A stretch of DNA of 64,000 bases from Octopus sinensis (GCF_006345805.1 NC_042998.1:149792001-149856000); one strand, 5' to 3'. Positions 13,922 to 27,159 are shown, counted from the first letter of the stretch. Made by a program: numbers and translations. The notes: generated by a model from the letters alone, not told the origin.

Positions 13922-14305
13922 CTTTTTGGTTCTACTTGCTTCAGTCATTAGAATGTGGCCATGCTGGGGTACCGCCTTGGAGAATTTATTTTTAGTCGAA
14001 TGAATCAATCCCAGTATTTATTTATGCCATTAAGTTTCGACATCGTAAACACACCAACACCAGTTGTCAAGCGATGTTAGGGGGACAAACACAAACGCAC
14101 AAACACATACACACACATACATATATATACATACATATATATATGACGGACTTCTTTCAGTTTCCCCCTACCAAATCCACGCACAAGGCTTTGGTCGGCC
14201 CGAGGCTATAGTAGAAGACACTTGCCCTAGGTGCCACGCATTAGGACTGAACCCGGAGCTATGTGGTTGGTAAACAAGCTACTTAGCACACAGCCACTCA
14301 TATGC
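13922..14305 (-). mobile_element. SINE family A, near full length
   Basis: Minus-strand head with GGGTTCAGTCC B-box-like motif, CORE-like GGCACCTAGGGCAAGTGTCTTC, internal (TA/TG)n, tail GCCACATTCTAATGACTGAAGCAAG. Confidence 0.85.
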
Positions 14306-14318
14306 CTATACATATGTA

Positions 14319-14379
<61 letters not shown>

Positions 14380-14384
14380 TATAT

Positions 14385-14418
<34 letters not shown>

Positions 14419-14426
14419 TATATACG

Positions 14427-14457
<31 letters not shown>

Positions 14458-14466
14458 TATATATAT

Positions 14467-14497
<31 letters not shown>

Positions 14498-14950
14498 GCA
14501 TATGCATATATGTATGTACGTACGTATGTAACACGTCTATCGCCAGCTAATTTTATGAAAATAAAGAACTTAAAAGAAGAGTAGTTTTATAAAAGTAGGA
14601 ATTAGTAGCAAGACAATGAACGAGAATATCTATTGCGACAGTTGAACAATTTCAGCATTCAGCATTATATGATATGTTTGTGTGTGTGTGTGTGTGTGCG
14701 TATATACATCTTTATATATTAGAAGGTTTGGGGCGATGTACAGGTATTATATATTAGAAGAAATAAGGCTCTCAGAAACCTGGATGGTTTTACATTTACA
14801 GATTTTTATGTCACATGTTCCTATAAATCATATATAAGCGCTTGCATCTACTCTAGTAGAATCTCATATTGTTTGTATGTATGTATGTATGTATGTATGT
14901 ATGTATGTATGTATGTATGTATGCATGTATGTATGTATATATGTATGCAT

Positions 14951-14984
<34 letters not shown>

Positions 14985-15014
14985 CAAAATAAGCAACAAG
15001 AATATCCAAAGGTA

Positions 15015-15100
15015 ATGCAGTACGATCGTTTCATGCGACTTCATTTAAACAATGCAAGTATTACATGAGATTTAAAATGTAGAGCAATCTTCAGCTGCAT
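15015..15100 (-). ncRNA. Type I hammerhead ribozyme motif
   Basis: Minus strand: atgcag-CUGAAGA-uugc...gcau-GAAA-CGAUCG-UA^cugcau; 6-bp stem I, palindromic helix III ACGATCGT. Confidence 0.8.
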
Positions 15101-15160
15101 ATAAATATAGAATTTTAGTTAAATTGAAAAGATTCATTTTTAACTAAATTCTATATTTAT

Positions 15161-15250
15161 ATGCAGCTGAAGATTGCTCTACATTTTAAAACTGATGTAA
15201 TACTTGCATTGTTTAATTAAATGAAGTCGCATGAAACGATCGTACTGCAT
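15161..15250 (+). ncRNA. Type I hammerhead ribozyme motif
   Basis: atgcag(15161-66) CTGAAGA(15167-73) ttgc..gcat GAAA(15233-36) CGATCG TA^(15244) ctgcat. Confidence 0.82.
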
Positions 15251-15417
15251 TACCTTTGGATATCCTTTTTGCTTATTTTGGTTATAATCACCCCATTTTG
15301 AATTATATGAATAGTACCATGCCAAATTCTGGTGCCTTTAACTTAAGTACCATATTCAACTGAATCTATATATATATATATAATATATATATATATACAT
15401 ACATACACGTATGTACA

Positions 15418-15625
15418 ATGGAGCTGACAGAGTCGTTAGTAAACCGAGCGAAATGCTTAGCAGCCTTTTGTCTGTCTTTATGTTCTGTGTTCAAATTTCC
15501 CCGAGGTCGATTTTACCGTTCATTCTTTTGGCATCGATGAATAAGTACCAGTTGTGTACTGGTGTCGATGTAATCGACTCGCCGCCTACCACGAACTTGG
15601 TAGCCTCTCGCCAAAATTTGAAATT
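15418..15625 (+). mobile_element. SINE family B (Nin-type)
   Basis: GAGCTGACAGAGTCGTTAG...GTTCAAATTTCCCCGAGGTCGA...AATAAGTACCAGTTGTGTACTGG. Confidence 0.8.
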
Positions 15626-15901
15626 CATATACATATACATAAATGCTTGTTTTTATGCTAAGTTATAATTATTTCTATTATCGGCAAAAGTGCTTGCAAT
15701 TTTTTTGGTGGGGGTGGAATGCTGCTGATGAGATATACCCACCCCAATGCTCACCTGGCACTTATTTTATCGACCACGAAGGGATGAAAAACAAAGTCAA
15801 CCTCGGCTGAAAATTTAAGTTATAACAAAAGATAAAATCGATTTTCATTCAACTGAAGTATTAATCAATGTATTTTATAAGTGCTAATTTATAAATCATT
15901 T

Positions 15902-16007
15902 ACAAGAATAGTATTGACAGTGCTTCGACGTTTCGACCAGCTAAGCTATCATCGAATGACGGCATAGCCGGACAAAACTTCGGAATCACTTTCAATATTA
16001 TTCTTGT
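15902..16007. repeat. Imperfect ~105-bp palindrome made of two partial HHR-like arms
   Basis: ACAAGAATAGTATTGA...TCAATATTATTCTTGT; left arm on the minus strand reads GATGA-tagcttagctggtc-GAAACGTC; centre TCAT-CGA-ATGA. Confidence 0.6.
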
Positions 16008-16029
16008 TAAAGAATTGTGTGGGTGTGTG

Positions 16030-16115
<86 letters not shown>

Positions 16116-16505
16116 GTGTGTGCAGAATAAATGAATTAGGTTTGAAGGCAGAGACAGTACTAGTGATAAGTTAATTAACTAAATTAGTTGGGTGGGATTC
16201 AAGAAAATAATAGGATTATTGGGAAAATTAAGAAATTCAACAACAGCATTTGAAATGCAGGACGTCACAGTTCGAAGTGTGTAACTATTATTACAAGGTG
16301 AGGTTATAAGACCATTTCAACAAGATCCCTCTTTAGCCCTTCGTCCTACTTAGTAAGCACTAAGTATATTGGTGAAAGAATAGAAGTACAAATAATTATG
16401 AGAACGAAAGAAGCATAAAACTTGTTCACTGTTTTGAAAGAGATTGGTAAAGCAACAAAAACCCTGATTTAGAAGAATTGGTTTTTGAAAGGGGATACAT
16501 ATTTA

Positions 16506-16563
<58 letters not shown>

Positions 16564-16639
16564 AGCTGGAAGGAAAATAAACTAACTGGATAAACATCTT
16601 TTATTTTTTAATGATGGCGTAAAACTTTCTGTAGAGCCA

Positions 16640-17170
16640 GTAGTATATAAAGGTATAAAGAGGAAACATACAAACAAATATTACAATATTGGCTCCAAAG
16701 ATATGGTTTTAAGGCTAGCAGCAAAGATCTCCTGATAGCAGCAAAACGTGTGGCGAATGGAAACATGCAAGTAATCAAAATTTAGTTCAGAACAGTTAGT
16801 GTTAGGAAGACAGAGTACAGTAACGTACAATATTATATGGAAACCTTGTTTATAGAAGATGGGATTGAGTTAGATTATGATAGAACTAATATACGATAGA
16901 ACTACATTATATGAGACATAATTTTGCACATAAGGCCAGGTATAACGATGGGCCACCATTTCACAGCTTGATTAGAATGGTTTTAGAAATGGTTGAAAGT
17001 CATTGTTATAGACCCCGTCCGACCGTGGTACTACATTTGATCAGTGTTTAGACAAAAGTAGCTGTATGATAGTTATATTTATGAAATATATATATTGTGT
17101 AGCGAATAGTCGGAGGTATCTTTCTGTAAAAACTAGAAATTAGTATCTAAATATAAGGAGTTAGTTACTT
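16640..17170 (+). mobile_element. Highly decayed RLE-LINE (R4/Dong-like) remnant
   Basis: YWLQRYGFKASSKDLLIAAK resembles QWLRSSGLKAESEGFILAAQ of the 28120 element; YIMRHN and VIVIDP-like motifs downstream. Confidence 0.4.
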
Positions 17171-17419
17171 AAAACATCGTTTACATGGAATTAGATACTG
17201 TCGTATGTGAGTGTGTGTGTGTGTGTATGTGTGTGTGTGTGTATGTGTGTGTGTGTGTATGTGTGTGTGTGTGCATGTGTATTTGTTTTTTGTGTGTGTG
17301 ACTGTTTGCATGTTTGTGTATGTACATACATACGCACATACATACATACATACATACATACATACATACATACATACATACATACATACATAACATACAT
17401 ACATACATACATACATACA

Positions 17420-18555
17420 TTCCAGGAATTTGGTGATTTTTTCAGGGGAGACAATTATTAATTGAAAATAAGCACAACACTCTAATCTCCTAAGTAGAAC
17501 CCTCTGACTTCAGTGCACTCATTGTAGCAATCCAGCTACTTCCTGAAGGCTCCATGTAAGTCCTCTCAAGTGAAGGTGTCCAGGAGTTTTGTTACAGCCT
17601 CCTTTATCACAATGTCTTCAAAACGAGTGCCCCTGAGGTTCTCCTTCAATGTGGAGACAATGGAAAGTCACTGTGAGTAAGACCTGGACTCTTGAGAGAT
17701 GGGGACACTTTTGATGCCCATCTCAGGATGGAATTATGAACTAGTACATCATCATCCTGGTGCAGGGACTACTGATCTGAATGGAAGAGCACTAGCCTTG
17801 TGTGGTGAAATTTTTTCCTGAACACTCTCAAAACCTCTTAAAAAGTACACTTTGTTGACCGTCGGGCCAGAGTGATGTAGATGATACCCTTACTGTCGAA
17901 AGAAGGGTTCTTCATGAGCTTTCCGGTAGACTTGTTTTACCTGGCCTTCGTGGGTCTGGGGAAGCTGGGATGCTTCCATTTGGCACTCTATCTCTTTGTC
18001 CCTGAATCATAACAGTTTATCCAGCTATCATAACTTGTTACCAAAGACTCAATTACTCTTCGATTGAAGGTAATGAACTCAGCAATATCCCTGTTGTCAT
18101 CAGCGTATCTTTCCTGAAACACGCTGAAAACAAACTTTGCACAAAATTTTGCGCATGTTGAAATCCTCACACCAACTCCAAACTATGCTTATTGTCTTTA
18201 TAAACATACTTAGGTCTTCATTCAAAAAATTGCGAATTTTCTCAACCGCATTTGATGTTTTGATGTCCTTCACCCTCCTACACCAGTTATCGTCTCTCGT
18301 TTCTTTTCTACCGTTCTTGAACCTCTTGTGCCAGCGAAAAATAGATGCTCGCCTCACACAAGTTAATCCGTAAGTTTCTGTAGCATTTTGCCCAGTTTAG
18401 CTCGAAACTTTGTTGCGTAACAAGCTTCTAAATTATCTTCACGTCCTCACTACATTCTGCAAATTAGCTGTGAGGTGCAGGATTTGGCGGGATGCGTTCA
18501 ATGTGCTATTTCAGACGTCTCCTTCAATCAAAAATACCAAAAGTTGGCAGGTCAG
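17420..18555 (-). mobile_element. Decayed mariner-family transposon
   Basis: ASIFRWHKRFKNGRKETRDD HTH motif and further mariner-like fragments on the minus strand; many stops and frameshifts; TIRs degenerate. Confidence 0.75.
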
Positions 18556-18682
18556 CTTATTAGATGCATATAAATTATATACAGAAATTACAATAGTCTA
18601 GGATAGCTATGACTACCTTTCCTACAAAAGTCTCTTACCATCAGGAATGAACTTTGTCAATTTATACATGTGTGAGTGTGAG

Positions 18683-18836
<154 letters not shown>

Positions 18837-18843
18837 GAGTAAG

Positions 18844-18876
<33 letters not shown>

Positions 18877-18936
18877 TAAGTAGGTTTGTAGGTTGGTAAG
18901 TAGACAGATAGGTAGATAGGTAGGTAGGTAGGTAGG

Positions 18937-19016
<80 letters not shown>

Positions 19017-19197
19017 AAGATAGATAGTGGGTCACTAGGTAAGATAGTCTCCAAATATGGAATTAAGTCAGCAGACGCCATAGATATCACCATATTAAGA
19101 GTTTGGACGAAATGAGCCGACTAAGGGTATCTAGAATTATTTGTACTGGTGCTTTGTTTTTCATAAACAACACAGGGTAAATATAGATATGACATGT

Positions 19198-19299
<102 letters not shown>

Positions 19300-19521
19300 G
19301 TCTATTTATCTGTTTGTCTGTCTGACAGTTTATGACAGTTCTGACCAATCTCGCTCCAGGCGGATCTCAGAGTAGGTTGTCAACTTTTAATATAATGTAC
19401 GTAACTATCCCCTGCAACCAACGTTGTGAATTATAGATTTCAAGTATAACTTTACTGTTTGTGTGTATGTGTGCGTGCGTGTGTGTGCATGTGTGCGCGC
19501 GCGCAGGTCGGGCTATATCTC

Positions 19522-19790
19522 TTGTCTTTTACTTGATTCAGTCATTAGATTGCGGCCACGCTGGGGCACCGACTTGAAAGGTTTAGTCGAAGAAATCAAC
19601 ACCAGTAATTATTTTTTAAACCTTGTACTTATTCAGTTTTGCCAAACATTAAAGTCACAGGGTTGTAAAGAGAACAATGCCTGTTGTTAAGCGGTGTTGA
19701 GTACAAACACACACACACATATAGATATATATGTATGTACGTATGTCTATATATACATACACACACACGCGCACACACACACACACACAT

Positions 19791-19825
<35 letters not shown>

Positions 19826-19900
19826 TACATATATACGACGGGCTTCTTCCAGTTTCGCCTACCAAATCCACTCTGAGAGCTTTGGTCGACCTGAGACAAT
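19522..19900 (-). mobile_element. SINE family A, head missing
   Basis: TTCAGTCATTAGATTGCGGCC tail and ATACGACGGGCTTCTTCCAGTTTCGCCTACCAAATCCAC body with internal (CA)n. Confidence 0.8.
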
Positions 19901-20133
19901 GTAATTGGGAGGCAAACTTCTTCCCACACCTTCGCCTGTATGTGTTATATATAGTATATTATATATTCTATATTATATATTATATATAGTGAGGGAATGA
20001 GTTCATGCATAACACATGCATTTTATCACTACAAACACTTCATACGTACAGGTTATTCTGAAAGAAATTGCAGAAGATAGTCTCTCTCTCTCTCTCTCTG
20101 ACTACGAGAGACTAACATTTTATATTATATATA

Positions 20134-21077
20134 CAGTACCGTGCAAAAGTCTTCGGCCAATTTAAACTATTATAAATTTCTACTAATTACCAACTTTTAT
20201 AAATTTATGTTTCGCATTGCGATTTTCACAGATGAAACATTGGCCTTGTTTTTGTCGTGTAACGTGGGTAGTTTCGCTTTCTAATAAGCGGACATTTGTC
20301 AGAAGGCCTCTAGGAAAGTTTGGAGCTAAGTATCTGATGCTTAGGGAATACATAAAAAGTGATGGTTCAAGAAAGTTGGTTAAAATTGACGGTAACTTGA
20401 ATAGTGCCAAATACATCCAGTTGCTGAATAGCAGTTTGATACCAGACTTAGATGAAGGTGAGCTTTTTTCAGCAGGACGGAGCTCCATGCCACAGATTGC
20501 ATGCAAAACAACAGAATTTGGCTGATGAAGGTGTTACTGTATTGAAAGATTGGCCAGCTCAGAGCCCTGACTTAAATATCATCGAGCAAATGTGGACAGA
20601 ACTAAAGAGGAGTTCGTCAGAAGAATCCACGCAAACTTGAAGAGTTGTGGGAGCTCAGCCACAGAGAATGGCATCTCATACCTGTAAAGATGGTGAAGGA
20701 ATTGTACGCATCCCTTCCCCAGGCGCATTGAAGCGATTATTCAAGCTAAGGGAAGCCACACGAAATATTAACAATATACAGTAACTTGTTGAAATGAATA
20801 TTATGTAATAAATTTTCATTATAGACATTTTTCTGTTTTAAAATACTGTATCTTAATTGGTTTACGTGAGGTGGCCGAAAACGTTTGCACGGCTATATTT
20901 TGTGGTCGTCTCGCATCTTCCCCTCTCATTCAGAACCCTTACTACAGAATATAGGGACTCTAACAGGGCCAATGTTTCATCGGTAAAAAATGCAACGCGA
21001 AACATCCACTTATGAAGTTGGCAATTAGTAGAAATTTACAATATTTTAAAGTGGCCAAAGACTTTTGTGCGGTACTG
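20134..21077 (+). mobile_element. Internally deleted Tc1-family transposon, IR/DR-type ends
   Basis: TA-CAGTACCGTGCAAAAGTCTTCGGCC...GGCCAAAGACTTTTGTGCGGTACTG-TA; inverted similarity extends ~115 bp; QQDGAPCH and WPAQSPDLNIIEQMW motifs. Confidence 0.9.
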
Positions 21078-22229
21078 TATGTTATATATATTATATATTA
21101 TAAATATTATATCATAGTTTTGTACGCTGTAAAAAAATCTTATATCCATACTTACATACATAGACACACATATATAGTATATATACATACATGCATATAT
21201 AATATATATACATACACTCATATATATATATATATATAGTGTATGTGGCTGTCCTAGAAGGGACGATTGTTACAGTTGTTCAGCCCCAAGAAATAATAAT
21301 ATTTCTATTTTATGTATTATATCTATTATACATATTATGGATATATATATATGTGTGCGTGTGTGTGCATGTGTAAATTTTTAGTGGGCGCAAAGCTATA
21401 ATTAGCACAGACACACAGACACACACAAGTATACACGTCCATTCAAAATGTCCTGTGCGTATACATTCTTTCAATCACTCACCGACTCTTTATCACATAA
21501 ATAACACATATATACATACATTCACACACACGTACATATATACATACAAACATAATACATACATGCATTCACACACATACATGCATACAGACATATATGC
21601 ATACATATATGTGTGCAAACATACATATACCTACATATACACATACACACACATATTTATATCTCTGTGTGTGTTTGTGTGCATGTATGTGTATGTGTAT
21701 ATGTATGTGTATGTATGTGTATATGTGAGTGTATGTGTGTGTGTCTGATTTAGACTGATGCGTAACATCCACATAATAAAGTGCACAGTTATTTCCCCAT
21801 TAGCAGAGCCGGGTTTGATCTGGTGACCTCTTGAAAGCACGGTGTCAGACGCGTTAACTTTATGTAAGTATAGAAGTCAGATGGACCACAGTTTGTAGCC
21901 TACATTCCTATGTCCTCTCTTACGTCTAGAAGAGGCGGACAATCATACTTCTTCCTGACGCCAAACAAGCAATTTTCTCATTTTCTCCTTCTCGAAATCG
22001 CTATGGCAGTCGACCTCTTCATCGCCACCATCTTTGTCGTCTATATTGCTATTAGTATCATCATTATTATCGTCAGCGTCGTCGTTGTCGTCATCGTTGT
22101 CGTCGTACTTGTTGGCGTCATTGTCATCTTCATCAACGTCATCTCCGTCGTCGGTTTACTCGTTACATTTAACGGATTCTGTTACACCATAAACATGGCG
22201 TCTTTACCGTATAAACCAGCTGCCGCCAT

Positions 22230-22350
22230 CATTAGCGTCACCACAAGCACCGATTGACCGCGGCGAGAGACTCTAAATGACGGCTAATTGATCAGCTAGA
22301 AATAGTAGAAAATTCGTCTCAATTCACATACACCATAATCGTCTTCAAAA
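22230..22350 (-). repeat. Unclassified dispersed repeat (family D) fragment
   Basis: GATCAGCTAGAAATAGTAG...ATCGTCTTCAAAA resembles 59540-59590 and, inverted, 60220-60265. Confidence 0.45.
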
Positions 22351-22650
22351 AATTTCCATTATCAAAAAATAATATAAAAGAAGTAAAAAATATATATTGT
22401 GCTGTGTATTAGACGGTAACTCATACAGTTAGCATGGATCAGGTTCCTTCATGGAAAAAAAATCTGATTGCCCTGGAGTCGAGGCATCGGCGAGTAAAGC
22501 GGTAACACAACCAAACTTGCTGGTGAATAGAATGGTTTTGGACACAACCACAGAACTATTGCAGAGCGACATTATGTGTGTGTGTATGCTTGTATGCATA
22601 TATATATATATATATAATATATATATTATATATATATATGTATGCTTGTA

Positions 22651-22722
<72 letters not shown>

Positions 22723-23109
22723 CGTATAAGTAGCTTTTTGGTTTGGTACCCAGATACCCATTTAGCCTATCAAGGTGGGTTAGACTCTAAGCGATAGCAA
22801 AGTTAGCTAATCCAGAAGTTGATGAACTGAAATAAATATGCCTAAGATATTTTGTTCGCCAAGATTGTGGCAAACAATTGCTTCCAAAATGTGTGGCTTG
22901 TCCATCATATGCCCTTCACCATCGGAAACAAGTCATAAGTGTTGGTATGTTCGTAGCCCAACAGTTATTGACTGTTAAACAATCACACATTGAGATCAAA
23001 AGAGCATGATTCACTATATATATGTTGGCAAATACCCTTAACTTATATATATATGTGTGAGTGTATGTGTGTGTGCTTGTTTGTGTGTGTGTATGTGTGC
23101 ATGTGCATA

Positions 23110-23275
23110 AACATGTGTCTGTATGTTTGTTCCCACGTCCCCGCTTGACAACTGATGTTGGTTTGTTTATGTTGCCGTTACATAGCAGTACAGTAAAACT
23201 GGGGGAGAGGTTAAGAACCAGACTTATAAAATAAGTACTAGTGTCTATTCAGTGAATTAAAAAAACTTTCAAGAT
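23110..23275 (+). mobile_element. SINE family A, 3' half, diverged
   Basis: CCGCTTGACAACTGATGTTGGTTTGTTTATGTTGCCG...AAAATAAGTACTAG after (TG)n. Confidence 0.6.
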
Positions 23276-23401
23276 ATGAACACATATAAATATATATGTA
23301 TCTCTGTTTGCCCCTCTTTCCTCTCTCTCTCTCATATTATATTATAGTATATTATATACTATATAATATACTTTATTAATAAATCTGTAAAGTCTAAATA
23401 T

Positions 23402-23434
<33 letters not shown>

Positions 23435-23764
23435 GGCGTGTGTGCGCATGTGCGTGTATGCATGTGTGTGTGTGCATGTGTGTATATGCATGTGTGTGTG
23501 TGCATAGAGTTTTTTCTATCGCCAGGCTCTCAAGAAGTAAACAATCAACACTACCATGCTTGCTTGTGTCTAGTGTGGTTGATTAAACCCTTCAGTGTCG
23601 TGGCCATGCATCATGGCCAAAGCAGTCCAATGTATGAATCAAGAGAACAACAAGTATATATATATGTGTGTGTGTGTATTTTTATATATGCACATACAAA
23701 TATACACACGTCTTTCTCCGTCCTTCCTTATATGTGTGTGTGCATGTATGTGTATATATATATT

Positions 23765-24357
23765 AGTAATTTATTTTACTAAGCCCTTTTATATAATGTA
23801 ATAATTTGAATTCGCCTTAAATGGTCCCTTTGCATACTGAATACTTGGTGAAATTGATTAATTAATTAATTTTACCCTCAATTGTTGAAATTATAATTCA
23901 TCTCTCTCTATATAATGCCTCGGATTTTACCGAAAAAAGCATAGTGTTTACTGATTTTAAGCCACGCTGGTGGAAAGGGGAGAGCTGAAATTCTTCGCTT
24001 GCATTTTTGAGTTTGTTGGCACTGTTAGTTCCGAGCAGATCTTCAGAAGCGATAAGAAGCCGAAAGGGTATGCTCCCACTTTCAGTGTTTTCAAATCAAA
24101 ACCAGGGAGTTCTGAGCTGATGATAGAAATGTCGAGTTTGACTAATCTTGAAACGTACGTTCTCAAATAACCTTTGCATTTGATTTTTTAATGTCTCTAC
24201 CCCCATACTTTCGTGAGTTGAATTGAGCAAACACTATATGAGAGAGGTTTTCTTTAAGTATTAGAAATAGTTTTAAAAAAGTTTTTTAGCTGCTATTTCT
24301 AATGAGTTCAGTATGCGGCCAACAAAGTAATTATTTTACTAAGCCCTTTTATATAAT
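23765..24357 (+). mobile_element. ~561-bp HHR-bearing unit with ~33-bp terminal direct repeats (retrozyme-like or PLE-LTR-like)
   Basis: AGTAAT(T)TATTTTACTAAGCCCTTTTATATAAT at 23765-23797 and 24326-24357; internal HHR. Confidence 0.65.
24113..24165 (+). ncRNA. Type I hammerhead ribozyme motif
   Basis: tgag CTGATGA(24117-23) taga-aat-gtc[gagttt]gac-taa-tctt GAAA CGTACG TT^(24161) ctca; palindromic helix III ACGTACGT. Confidence 0.75.
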
Positions 24358-24362
24358 ATATA

Positions 24363-24403
<41 letters not shown>

Positions 24404-25008
24404 CCTCATCTTCATCTATTTTTTGCTTATTCTTAACCTCATTTTTAATGCAAGTATCGATTGCTTTTCTGTACCTACTGTCTCCGCTGATAACAGAACT
24501 GACAGCGTATCTTACGTTCGTAAACTTCTAAGTTGACAAAGGAAATCACATCTTATCTGCATCGAATAGAATTCTATTTTTTAACACTTAATACAGGAAC
24601 GTAGAACAAAATGAGATGTAGAGAGGGACAGAGAAAGGGATGAGGGACAGAGAGAGGGAGAAATGAAGAGAGAAGAAGGAATGGAGAGAGAGTGGGAATG
24701 GAGAGGGAGAATAGCGAATTGTCTCCCTTTATAAATCTTCACAAGTACACATGGTTTAGTAAATATTTGGGGTTTCATCTTTATATAAAATCAAGATTAA
24801 TGAGTGTTCAACTTCGAAAATTTCTTTTTCATCACCTATGTATCCTTTCAAGATGTTTAAATGCCTTATGTCCAAGCCAGTGCAGCTTTTATATACAAGA
24901 GCAGATAAATTCATACAATTTGAAAAAATCTGCCTTGTGACAGAATCAAACGTGATTTTCATAATGTTATTCATGTCAACCACTGTTTATCTGATTAAAC
25001 TCATCTAA

Positions 25009-25345
25009 TTCAGGGATGCATATGCTTTTTCGCCCAAAGGGCCAAATCGTGAATTTAATCACTCAAGGCGGGCTGCAAACTCTATCATATAACTTGGATG
25101 ATCAGGAAACATAGAAAAACAGTAGTATAGAAAGGGCTGATGAAGACATGAAGGAAACTAATAAAATTAAATATAATAATAAAAGTTAATAAATAAATAC
25201 TATGTGTGGTTTCAGTGTGTGATTGTGGTACAAGCATTTGGCTATGTTAATTTTTAGTTATTTTTTAAAACAAGAAATCCTTTGCAAAATGGTTTTTCGG
25301 GCCGAACAAAATGCTTTCGCGAGTCGCAGATTCTGCATTGCTGCT
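25009..25345. mobile_element. Decayed hAT (Charlie-like) MITE
   Basis: CAGGGATGCATATG...AAAGGGCCAAATC...GGCGGGCTGCA left end and GGGCCGAACAAAATG..CGCGAGTCGCA subterminal motifs. Confidence 0.4.
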
Positions 25346-26019
25346 CTATTACAACACACAATTTTTGCCATGATATGAACAACAACTGCGTAATATCTAT
25401 TCAGTTTACCTTGAGACTGAATTCTTCTTCAATCAGTTAGACACTAAATATTCACTTTAGCTACACTGAAATGAAGAAATATGAAAAGTGGAAATGTTTA
25501 TATAAAGTGACCGAAGAATAAAACACCAACTTATATCTTAACATTATAAAGAACAAAACAGTAATGTATATATTTATATTAATAAGAAATAATTTTATAT
25601 TCAGGTATATACTTTATAGTTTGCTGTTTAAAGCCCGTTCATAGTATTTAACTACCTGATGTCAACAACATTATAGCGGTATATGCTACGGAATTTACTT
25701 CAGGAATTCCATCATGTCCATAGAGTTTATAAAGTATGAGAGAAAGACAATGGAATTCACGAGATTCTTTGCTATTCACTGCAATCGTTCACTGCAATAT
25801 GCATACTCGCGGGTAAGATGCTATACAAAACAACTGTTGTGCATCGCTGGTGCAGATGTGTTTCCTCGGGTGACATGTCAAAAGGTACCTAATTTTTTAA
25901 TCTCTGTTTTGCTCATTTCCATCAGAGTACATTTTGGTTATTGTAGTGTGTTACTTATCGACGCGAGGAACTGTATTTATGCGCGCGTGCGCGTGTGTGT
26001 GTTACTGAAGACGAAGCGG

Positions 26020-26850
26020 ATATCTATTCTTTTGGAAAAGACTCCTGAATGGAAGTGTAATGAATCAGGTGGAGATTTTGCGATAAAAAACACAATTGTA
26101 TCGTCACTTATACAATACCCATATAGAATATCTTATCGCATAGAACTGAAGAACAACACGTTTCTCATCATCATAAGTGTATATGTACCATTTATGTCAC
26201 ATATCCTATAATCTATAGTGAACTCGGAAATTTATTGCAATTAATACCGAAAACTAATAATCTGATAACTAAGAGTGATTTTAATACACGAGTCGGAAAA
26301 ACTTCTCAGACATGGCCAACCCTTAAGAAACACAGTTTAGGAAAATTTAATCGTACTGCTTCAGTTCTCTTTTTATTTTGTACAATCTTTCAATAGCCAG
26401 TACCTTTTTGAAACAGAGAATAAGCATAAGGCTACTTGGATGCATTCAAGGTTTAAGTGCTGGTACCTTATAGGCTATATCCTTGTCGGCACAGCTGATC
26501 AGAAATACATTCTTAGTGGACGAGTGATGAGAGAAGTAGAATCTTGGATTGATCATAGTCTTGTGCAGGTCAAATTAGGCTTACATTTGGAATTTTTAAA
26601 TTAGGTATTCAACACTTCCTAAAATATTAAATGTAATTTAAAATCGTATATAGTCATGCAAAAAATCAGTTTTGAGGAGTTTGAAAATAGTTTGAAGCAA
26701 AATAAAAGTAGGCAAAAATGAAAAGAAAACTACAGGAAGATTGCTAAGCACTGAAATAGTATCATCTTTCAGTTGCCAAACGTGTGGCAATATTTGCCTT
26801 TCTAAGGCTGGCTTAACTTCACGTCCAAGGACTCAGGTTCATACAGATGG
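26020..26850 (+). mobile_element. Decayed RTE-clade LINE (APE endonuclease fragment joined to the C-terminal C2H2-like end)
   Basis: GDFAIKNTIVSSL..IIISVYVP, DFNTRVG, DHSLVQVKL, then CQTCGNICLSKAGLTS. Confidence 0.7.
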
Positions 26851-27109
26851 CCCAAATGACACAAAGATCATCCCAGCAGACACACTTATATGCACTTTAT
26901 TTGTAATAAGACATCTCTTGTCGCACACTGGTCTAAAAAGGCGTTTATATATTTTAAATGAGGCAGAACAAAGAAAACTGTGAGACATATTTGCTTTGTT
27001 TGTAATGCAAGTTTAAATCAGCTCTCGAGACTCGAAATCGACTAATGCACTGATGCTCGGAAAAAGCATATCTAACAAGAAGTGGTCAAGCTTGGAATGG
27101 GGGAAGATT

Positions 27110-27159
<50 letters not shown>

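Larger units (their letters stand above)
14985..15365. mobile_element. PLE-LTR-like non-autonomous element; fold-back (14985-15280) with a unique 3' extension
   Basis: Arms of ~145 bp mirror around an AAGA loop at 15129-15132; right arm plus extension is homologous to 50100-50312; (TA)n on both sides. Confidence 0.8.

Noticed and set aside
19328-19376. Possible micro-exon (TCTGACAG...AGA/GTAGGT)
   Set aside because: The pyrimidine tract is a microsatellite edge; such signals are expected by chance
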